Assembly (NCBI GenBank): GCA_000708835.1
Contig: DF236967.1
Span: 62,001 to 126,000, forward strand
Reading direction: 5' to 3'
DNA: 64,000 nucleotides
From: Klebsormidium nitens
Lineage: Eukaryota; Plantae; Klebsormidiophyceae
Positions 51,601 through 61,243 of the stretch are shown in pieces. Position numbers and translations under genes: made by a program. The notes below the pieces were generated by a model. It saw only the letters and a list, made by a program, of their open reading frames with translations, was not told the DNA's origin and did no database searches. Positions within the stretch are counted from its first letter, which is position 1; each line of letters starts with the position of its first letter.

Positions 51601-52999
51601 TGATGGCCGACCTGTGCTTTTGCAGGTTGCACAAGACCGGGATCGTCCATAGGTGAGCGACTTGCTGCCTTTGATTGAGAACGGCGAACGGTTTGGCTTT
51701 GGAAAGGCGTTCGAGGTGTGGACACATCTGGTTCGGGAGTCATTGTTCGTCGCTTTCAGATGTCGACTGTCAACTTGCGACATGTCAGGAAGCAGTGATT
51801 GCTGAACTCCCGAAGAGCTGACCGCCTGAGGTTTCAGGTAGCGCTCGGCTTGCTGCTAGCCTTTCTCCTCGCATCCGAAATGAAGCAAAAAAACAACCCA
51901 TCTTCAAGAGTTTGAACCACGCACTGGAGCCCCTCCCGCTGACGTCACTGCCGATTGCTCGCCAGGGACATTAAGCCCGCCAATTACATCATCACGGACC
52001 GCGGCCGGGTAAAGCTCATCGACTTTGGCGCCGCCACAGACCTCCGGGTGGGCAAGAACTACACCCCTAACAGGGGGATCCTGGACCCGGACTACTGCCC
52101 CCCCGAACAGTACGTGCTCCCAGAGACAACCCCCGCGGCGCCGTCCGCCCCGCTGGCGGCGCTCGCCTCGCCGTTCCTGTGGCGGGTAAGCGTCATCATG
52201 ACGTGGCGCGCCGCTTCTCAGCGAATGAGTGCTCCTTTAAGCCCCCGAATCTTGCCTTGGAAAACACACGGTGACCCATTTTCGAGAGAGTCGCACATAG
52301 CGCGGATGACTGGAGGAAGAAGAGCTGTAAGTCGGTGATTCGGTGTCAGGAATCGCCGGAGCCTTGAGACGTGGTGCACATGAAGTTACGCGCAGTAGGA
52401 CCGTCTCGTTGTTCAGGCACTTTTCCTGTTAGCAACGGTCGTCCTCGCTATACTTTCACGCCTCATCTTGGCCCCTGCTGTAGTGACAATCAGCCCTGCA
52501 GTCAGGTGCGGTTTGTTGCGATCCCGAAGCAGGCCTCGTGCACGACGTTTCGGTGGATGTTGTTTTGAAAGGGTTGGAAACAATCTGCAAGCGAGGACTT
52601 TCGAGAATCCAGACTGCTGACGTCAGCACCGCGTCTCCCGCCGCGCAGCTCTCCCACCCGGACCTGTTCGACACGTACTCCGCCGGCATCGTGATGCTGC
52701 AGATGGCAATCCCCACGCTGCGCACCGACCTCGGCCTCGGGTCGTTCAAAAAGGAGCTCGAGAGCGTCGGGCACGATCTGCGAAAGTGGCGGGAAACGAC
52801 GCGTCTGCGCGCGGACTTTTCCGTGTTGGACCAGGACGGCGGCCAAGGGTGGGATCTAGTGTGCAAGCTGGTGTGCCCCCGAGGGCCGCTCTTCAAGGGC
52901 CGGCTGTCGGCGCCGGAAGCGCTGCGGCACCCGTACTTCATCCTCGGCAGCGATCAGCTGGCCACCATTTCCGCGCGGCTGTCGAGGTCGAAGGATTAA
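48614..52999 (+). CDS. STN8: Thylakoid Ser/Thr protein kinase STN8-like with transit peptide, ~561 aa. Exons 48614..49039, 49456..49959, 50637..50794, 51626..51652, 51966..52185, 52649..52999
   Basis: WLYLTARPGVFAGAVDAY; GEGSFGTVY; VVLKKVKIGVEGAEECGEMEEWFN; IVHRDIKPAN; KLIDFGAATDLRVGKNY; LDPDYCPPE; C-terminus ALRHPYFILGSDQLATISARLSRSK, which resembles STN8 rather than STN7. Confidence 0.9.
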
Positions 53000-54512
53000 T
53001 TCGAAATTTGAGAATAGTACGCCTATTTTTTGCTTCCTGCTCCATTGACTGATTGGGACATGCACTGAGTTCAGACACTGTTACGTGTTGAGATGCGCCG
53101 GATGTGTTAAAAACGATGCCCTCTGCTTACCAACCATCCAATTAATTGCAGTCGCACTGTCATTGGTGATGGATGGCGGATCAGTCTTGAGGTTTGAAGT
53201 TCCATGGGCCTTATGTCTCATCGTTATCAATATAATGTCACTTATGATGACCAGCTCTGCTACGAGTGTTCGGGTCATGCAGGCCCGCACTGCAGGCTGG
53301 TATCATCGCAGCCGATTCAGTGATGCAGCGCCAGGCATGTGCACATAAGCATGTGACATGATGTAATTTGCATGCACTGCCGAGAATTAACCATATGCAT
53401 TTCAGGGTAAGCTCGAATCGACAGAGCGCGCGCCGGTTTGTCATCAAAATTATTCGACATACTTTTGAGCAACGTAAGTTGCACACAAGCTCCGCGCCAT
53501 GTTGGTTTGTGCGGCCCTGCATGCACTGCCGGGGTACGTGCCTGGCCAGCATGGATTAAGAATATATAAGTGCGGCTCACACAAAAAAAGTGCACATGAT
53601 GGGGCGATCGTCTTGCACGAACTTTCAGTTGCGGACTTGAGCTGTAGTGCGGAAGCTAGCCTCGTAGCTTGACATGTATATGCTAGCATAGCAGTAAATG
53701 TTCGCAACTTATTTGAGTAGTCCAATGCGCAACCAACCATGACGAGTCCGCGACTTGTATGTTAATCATCGAGGATCATGAAAACAGGCACATCAGGATT
53801 ATGGTGATCGGAACCCGCGTAACCCAAAGCCAGTGACTTGGCCTGTACATGGCTCATAAAAATCATTTTGTCAGCTAGCCAACTCTAGCAGGGGGCCGCT
53901 CCTAAACGAGACCATACAGAGTGCCGGAAATGTCACAGTGTAGGGTGCTATAGAAAAAGCCCCTGGCGCTTCTAGACAAAGTACGCCGACACTCAAGCGT
54001 CAGAGCAAAGAACATGCTCCTCTAGTACCTTCCTCGCAAACTGAGCCTTTACAGTTCATATACCTAGACTGTTCTACCGTATGCTTATGACGCTGGCCAA
54101 CTGGATAAACTACTCCGTCCAGTGAGCACCAATCGCACACACTTATGAAGCTTAGATACGGTAGGCAAGAAGTCGCTACTTCCTTACAACTGCTCTACAC
54201 GTCTTTCAGTGCCGCCAAAGAACTGATCATCGAGCATCATCTGATGAAGCGTTCAAACACTGAGTGCTAGCTCTAACGTACAGGTCTCACCAACATCTCT
54301 TCAAGCAGAGACTCACAACGCATGCTTCTCCAGCATTTCACCGCTTTCGATTGCAGTATGCGGCGGAGTACTTGGTTCTTCAGCCGCTCCTGTCACTGCA
54401 TTTACAAAGCCAGGTTTTGCAATCTCAGCCCCAAGAATGCAATCTTCCTGCAATCTTTCTCTGCATTTCGCTACTTGTGAATGCATCGTCCATCTCTTAT
54501 TTTGACGCAACT

Positions 54513-57500
54513 CTAGTTCTGGTATTTCACGTCTTCTGTAACACTCTTTGTCAAAGATCGAGGCTTTTGCAACAAACAAAACTTTCGCTGGTGTATAGAT
54601 GGCCATGGGCACGCCTACCACCACTGACACCATACGGCTGCAAATGAGATGCGCTTTCCTACAGGTTTCCCAAATCCAAACCCCTCGGTCTGCTTGGAGC
54701 TCACTCAAGAAGGAACGTACAAAAAAAGCCCAACGATTGGGAGCAACTGTGAGCGCCGACTCCGGAGTTCCTCAACCTTGTCGCTTCGGTTGCTACTCGA
54801 CACTTCTTGAGGTTGCACCAACCCGGAATCGTCACCTCAGTCCCTCATTTCAAGGGAACGCAAGGACCAGCCCTGCAACGGCACTCTTTGACCGTCTCAC
54901 CTGTCGTTGTTTGCGTCTTGTCCTGCGACCGCTGCAAGTCGTCGGCTGCCGCCGTTGCTACCACCGCCTGTGCCTCGGTAATGACCGTTGGGCTGTCGTC
55001 CGCAGCGTACAAGATCTTCTGAACCGCCACAACAACCTGCACGACCCCGACAATCTTCTTCAACTCCTCTTTCTCGGCCGGCGATCGTTTCCGGTCAGCG
55101 AACTTCGAAAGAGTATGCAGTATCTAAGGCCAGCTTTGTAAGCTTACTTGTACGCTTCCTGAGCTGACACCTAGTCAGTCCGTTGGGCCTTAGTGAGGCC
55201 AAAGAAAACACGGAACTGCCGCACAGAGCATCAAGTGTCCCGATTGTTCGGGAAGGCGACACGTTGGACGGTTGATTCAACCGATTGCAATACCTTTCAC
55301 GCACTGTGCACAAGCTGGCTCTCGATACGGAGCATCTTCAGTGTCTTGCAGCAATACATTGGCGAAACGAGGCAGGCTTTAGGACTGCTCAGAGTGACGA
55401 GAGGTGTCAAGGGATGGACCACGCACTGGCAGAGTTGCTAGCTCCGGCGTCTGGCACAGAATCTCAATGTCTCGCAGCTTGGCAAAGTAGAAGTCCCGCT
55501 CCTTCTCCAAGCTGTCTACCGAAAGCTTCAACTCTGTAACCTGCAGGAAGGAGATTCCACAAACTGTCAGTCCGCTGAATGGGCTGAGGATAGCGACAGG
55601 AATTTTGTGCTGCATAGATTGTCTAGTGCTTGACATCGATCACTTGCGCCAACATCTCAAAGCGGTGTTGCCGTACTTAGTACAATGAGGTCTTTCCTTA
55701 ACAGCAGATTGGCAGGATCTCGATCATCTACGAACAATACGGCTAGTAATCCTCTAGCGAAGTCTCTACAAAGACGGGCTCACCTGTTCATTGAGCCGTT
55801 GGACTTCCTTTTCCAGCTGTGGGGATGAAGATGCAGACCCGTTTGACATCGATGCCCCTTTCAACCCTACCCTGACTGGCATTCGAAGGGAGGAAGAAGT
55901 CAGAAGTTTTGTGAAAGGAGAGCCATCAAAGACACCATCAAAGACATCCTTTACGAGATGGTAAGCTTTGTGATCCTGAGATGCACTTTGAAGAAAGCCT
56001 GTTGACGGGATTTTCACCTCCAAACTGCACCGATCCAAGATCATAAAAGACGAGCAGGATAAGTGTGTAGAAAGCTCAAGCTTTCAGACACCCTACCTGT
56101 TGTCTCTGACCCACGCCGAACTGCCGACCGAGGCCTTGCAGCAGCCCCAGAAGAAGATGATTCTCCGGCGGGCCTAGGAGCAGCAGCTGCGGCACCTCCA
56201 GAGGCTGCTACTTTTCGAGACGCGCTGGCACCGCCCTTACTCGATCCTCTCCTCTCCACAGCGTCGTAACTGTGCAAACTTTTGCGCGTCAGCAGGAACA
56301 ACAACCGACGATCATCATGTACGTTGTACTTCGGGAGATTAGTGGTAACTGATCAACCTTTGAACGCCCTCAATTGGCATAAAGACAGAGTGCTAGAATC
56401 CCAGGATAAGCTTTACCATGTGGTAAAGTAACAGGGCAGTTACTAAGGAATGGGCGCACTAATCACAATAGTAATTCATTTGGACTCTCTCACAGCAAGC
56501 CATCGATGGTCTCTGAGCTTCTGAAATTGCGTCGATGCACTGAAATCACGAGCTTTAAATGAAAGGACGTGCTTGCACCAACCTTGAGCTCACCACCCCG
56601 CCATTGATTGAGTCACAGTAGCGCTTCAGCCACTGCAGGAACTCCAGATTGTCCAAAGGCCGTGCCTTGACCAACTTTGCCACCTCAATGTACTGCAAGA
56701 ATCGGTATCCGAGAAAACATAAGGCTTTCAACTAGCATTGTCAATGGTTTGACCATATTAACAACCGCATAAGCTATCAAGCAGCTTAAAAGCAGTGCTA
56801 TTGGTATAGCAGTGCCTGTTGAGAATCAAGACTTGTGGCTGCCTTGGTACGGTTGAGAATCCAGAAAGATTGGTCTGGAGCACTTCTCATGCATTCTTCG
56901 AACCTTACCTTCTGGATTTTCAGCTTATTGAAGACATCTTGAAGCACCTTGTAGTTGTTGATCATCTCATACTCGCTCCTCGCTTCAAAACTCACCTGCA
57001 GAGAGAAACTTGGAGGTTGTCCTAGGCAATGAGAATTAGGGTTTCTTGGCTTACCACGCAGGTCACTTATCCAAGCTGAACATGTTGATTCTACGGGGTT
57101 TTGAAAGGTGGCTTACATATCTAAAGGCCTTCAGTCCAGGCCTCCTAACATCAAAGCGAGGGCACCAAAGCAAGTGGGAGCATCTTACGTTAAGAGGGAG
57201 CTGACTCAGTGTCATTTTAGGTGGTACAAGATGGGCTTATGAAAGAAGGTTTGGCTGGAAAACTTGCCTTGTGCATTGGCACCTGCCCTGGATGGGTGGC
57301 GTCCATCAACTGACAAGCTACGGCACCATTGGCAGCCTGTACAACAGTTATAAAGATGAGCAAACCGTCACATAACTTAGCACTTGATGAGATTGCTTGC
57401 ATGCTCAGCAACTGGAATCAATTCACTCAACAGTGATCTAGGAATCGCATTCCAACTAATTCTGTCTCACCTCCTCGACTTTCTGAAGGTTCAGTGCAAG

Positions 57501-57578
57501 GGTGTTATTGATCCAGGACAGAATCTCCCCTCGTCCAACGAAGTACGCTCCATCCATCATACCGATGTTTGCCGCCAT
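54513..57578 (-). CDS. EB1: Microtubule end-binding protein EB1. Exons 57471..57578, 57268..57336, 56909..56995, 56583..56692, 56097..56269, 55784..55875, 55427..55540, 54901..55036, plus an unresolved terminal exon (candidate 54513..54535)
   Basis: [24 protein letters not shown]; CH domain [16 protein letters not shown] and [15 protein letters not shown]; EBH domain [20 protein letters not shown] and VQKILYA. Intron 2 is GC-AG. The 3' end is uncertain. Confidence 0.92.
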
Positions 57579-58570
57579 CTTTGCGAATGCAATATCGAAC
57601 CTGCTTCTGTCTGTCAAATGGCTCACAAAGTTGACGGTGAATGTGTGCCAAAAGCTTAGCAGGGCCTAAAAAACCTGAGCATTGAGAAATTCTTTGTCGC
57701 AGAGGGCTTCAGTCTCAGCTCAGGGCTGCAATCTGCTAGGAACTCTGGCTGCTGGGCCAACAAATCTAGAGAGCGAGCAAAGGCGCCGAGCTAGCAGCCT
57801 CATGCAGCACAGTGGAAGTGTAGATTGAAAGAAGTTCTTGAAACGAGCAGGTTTGCCGGCTGACTTTTTGAAAGGTTTGAAATGCATCGATCGTAAAAAG
57901 GCGGCGGCCGCCGCGGCCGGGCGACCGCAAGCGGCCGCGTGGCAGACTCCAAAGGCCGCCGGCAGTCCGATCTGCAGACTCCAACCAATGATTGCCGCAG
58001 GCTAGTAGCGGCTGGCACTTCTTCTGTACGCGCGCAGACTCCTGCAGGACCACGTGCTGAGGAACAGGGCCTTCCCGGTGATTACTACGTATGGGTGGGA
58101 CCATGGTAGGCAGTAGAGTCTACCGGTCCCTTACCGCGCGGCGGGTTACTGCCTGGTAAATGGGGTCGGGGCCACGCACATGCCCCGGTCATTTAATGGG
58201 GGAGAGCGGTTCAAACTCCCGGGCCGGAGGACGTTCGCCACGTGCATACAACAGAATCGCATGCTGGCCAACAATTCTTCGAAGTGGATAATTTGAGCGA
58301 TGCAAGCGCCATCGTTAGCCGTCCGATGAATTTGGAGGAGTAAGATGGATGGCCAAGAAGAAGTGTCAGGACTTGGCAGGACTCGGGATTTGCAAACGCA
58401 ACAGCAATCGCGAAGAAAGAGCACTTCCTGCTTCCTGCCTCCTGAACGACCTTTTCCGCCGCCATTGACAGCCTTTGAGAAGCATTTCTGTGCTCTAGGA
58501 AGCCCCGGCTTTTCGCGCAAGAGCTGCTGAGGACTGGCATTGTCTCCAGAGTGCAACGCCATCTGCAACC

Positions 58571-59404
58571 ATGCAGGCTGTTGCTCAAAATGCGGCTTCG
58601 GGTCTTCGGATTCCAGTAGGATGTGGGGCGCTGGAGAGCATGTGTGCTCAGCAGAGGGTTCATCAAAGCCTCCCCGCTGTGAGACCGCAGAACAAACTTT
58701 CGTTCTCGGCTTCAGCAAGCGACATGTTTGCCTGCTACTTGGGGAGCAGCCTGCCTGGGGCCGCTGCATTTAGGCAAAGTAGGAGGCCTGCCCGGGGGGT
58801 GGTAGTCATGGGGGTGCCGGAGCAGGTAGCCAAGGGGTACGCTCAGGCTTTGATGGAGCTGGCTCAGAGCAAATCCTGTCTGGAGCCGATCCATGCCGAC
58901 ATGGAAAAGTTAGAGGCCCTGATAGAGAACCAAGATGTTGTCAACTTCCTGTATGACCCCGTCGCTGACATTGGCAAGAAGCAGAAGTTGCTCGCCACGC
59001 TCGGCAATGACGGCGGGTTCAATAAGTACACCATCAACTTCCTCAACCTCCTCATTGAAAAGAAGCGCATCAACACAATTGCATATGTCATCAAGGCCTT
59101 TGACGACTTGTACAATGATAAGACCCAGACACAGGTAGCGACCGTTGTGTCGGCTGTCAAGCTCGAAAACGCACAGCAAGCCCTCATTGCCAAGAAGCTG
59201 CAAACGCTAACAGGGGCCAAGAACATCAAGTTGAAGAACGAGGTGGATCCCGAGTTGATCGCAGGGTTCGTGCTCAAGTACGGTAAGGGGCAGTCAGAGG
59301 AGATTGACTTCAGCGTCAGGGGTCAATTAGAAAAGTTGAGGATGGAATTTGAGAGTGGGCTAGGAGCGGCAGCCGAGGAGGCAGAGGAGAAGGTTGCGGC
59401 ATAA
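58571..59404 (+). CDS. ATPD: Chloroplast ATP synthase CF1 delta subunit precursor (intronless, 277 aa)
   Basis: Single ORF with a transit-peptide-like N-terminus, then an OSCP/delta domain: AKGYAQALMELA, FLNLLIEKKRI, AVKLENAQQALIAKKLQ, IKLKNEVDPELIAGFVLKYG, IDFSVRGQLEKL. Confidence 0.93.
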   Translation: MQAVAQNAASGLRIPVGCGALESMCAQQRVHQSLPAVRPQNKLSFSASASDMFACYLGSSLPGAAAFRQSRRPARGVVVMGVPEQVAKGYAQALMELAQSKSCLEPIHADMEKLEALIENQDVVNFLYDPVADIGKKQKLLATLGNDGGFNKYTINFLNLLIEKKRINTIAYVIKAFDDLYNDKTQTQVATVVSAVKLENAQQALIAKKLQTLTGAKNIKLKNEVDPELIAGFVLKYGKGQSEEIDFSVRGQLEKLRMEFESGLGAAAEEAEEKVAA

Positions 59405-61243
59405 TCGGGCAGACGGCATACATGTAAGAACAGCCATTGTTGTGGCGGATTCACATCTGAGCTACTGCTGGAGTAGATACTGCTGAGTAGACCAAGCACA
59501 TTCTTATGGCTGATGGCCGTGATGTAGAACAAGGTGGCACGAACCTCACAGTCCTGATGTTCCTCCACCTTGATTCAGAGGTACTCAGGTGCAGCAATTA
59601 TGGTTAGGACAGACAATGCACTAATCTTGATAGACGATCTGGACTGGATGCTTCTGGAAAACCCTCAATCTGGAGGAATAATTGAATAACGGCTTTTTTG
59701 CTCCTCACTTCCAGACTTGCCTTGTCCCTCTGTCGGCATTGATGCTATGAAGCAGCTGCTGCTCGGCAAAGTTGGGTGTTTACAGACTCTGCTCTTCGGA
59801 GTTTTTTGAAGGAAGTGGGTAGAAGGGAATCTGGGGAAGCCTTGCACTCCTTCGAATGCAAGGCTCTGTAGTGCCGTGTCATCAAGTCCTTGGATCAGCA
59901 TAGAGCGTTGTTTGCTGCAAATGACCTGCATTTTTCCATAGGTGGCATGCAGCCGCCAGTTGATCTTGCTTGATACCTAATGGCACTGAAATTTATGGGC
60001 TGCTTTTCTATCCAAAAACTTTGTGGCAAGTTTAAGTGTCAGTCTGACGTGCAAGGGAGTGGCAAGGGCTGCTTGTGTGAGGACATTGTTGCGTGCAGCA
60101 ACTCTCGAGTGTTGGTTGATCAGGGCAGCTCTTTACATTGAGGTAACGCACGTGCTCTTGTACCATATATGCTCCAGAATCAGCCATTACCCTGTTGTGA
60201 GCATCTCTTCTGGCCCCTGGGTGACAGCATTGCAGTCTCCGAAGTAAAGCACAGGTCTCATTAGGGTTGCCTTCAGTGTCAGTCACATGGGCTGGCTGAG
60301 TTCATCCTTGAGTATTGTGCGGCAGTTCTGCAATGTTGAGCATTTTGTTTTAGTGTGCTTCTGGTTTGGAAGGTATATTATGCTGATCGGGATTCGGAAG
60401 ACATCTGATGCATACACCCTTGTTAGGAGCACTGTTATGTGCTTCTCTGGAAGGAATACCATCCTGAAAGTGTACTGCATTTCAAGCATTTTTTTTTTGA
60501 ATCCATCTCACTGAGCTCAGGCCCTGCAGTTCTGTGTCCACTGCAGCTGATGTCTTGGCAGTGCCACAGTAACGCGTTGTTTCAAATCATTAATATGAAA
60601 CTATGAGAAGAGTTCATGATTCTCCGCAAATGCTGCATGATTGCCATACACATCAAATCAACAAACCTGTACCGCCTTCAAATGCATTCACCGTTTGCCT
60701 TGGTGCAAAATATGGAGCTGCACACTGAAACTGAGCCGGATGGCCTCCAGGCATTCGCACCCAGATAGTATGCACAATCATGGTGCAGACTAAAAGGCTG
60801 GCCGGGCTGTCAAGTGTATCTTATTGGTTGTGCAAAAGCTTTCATGCATGTTTTCGAGACCACCTTCATGGAATTGTACGGCCGTCTGACTGAAGCCTGC
60901 ATGATAGCTATTCAAACCCATACTTCTTCACCACAAAAAGCTTCTGCCCCGCGGGTGGCGCCACAAGCTCTCAGGCCACATGGTCAATGCCAGGTGCAAT
61001 GCATCATAATTGTCACCAAGCTCCACCGAATGATGCCGCATTTCTTAATGCATATTAAGGATTGAGAAAAGCCAGGATCTCAAACTTTGTTTCGTAATAA
61101 TCGACACGATTGCTCTCCTTCAGTCCTAGTTTGACCTCAACTGTACATTTAGTGTGCACGACTGATTCACTCATGCTATAAGAAAAGTTCCATCTGCACA
61201 ACATTTGTGAGCAGACAGTATCGGTATGCTGCTCATGATCTAT

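Noticed and set aside
57766-58769. 112-207-aa ORFs between EB1 and ATPD
   Set aside because: No recognisable homology; they overlap a divergent promoter/UTR region and the ATPD transit-peptide sequence.
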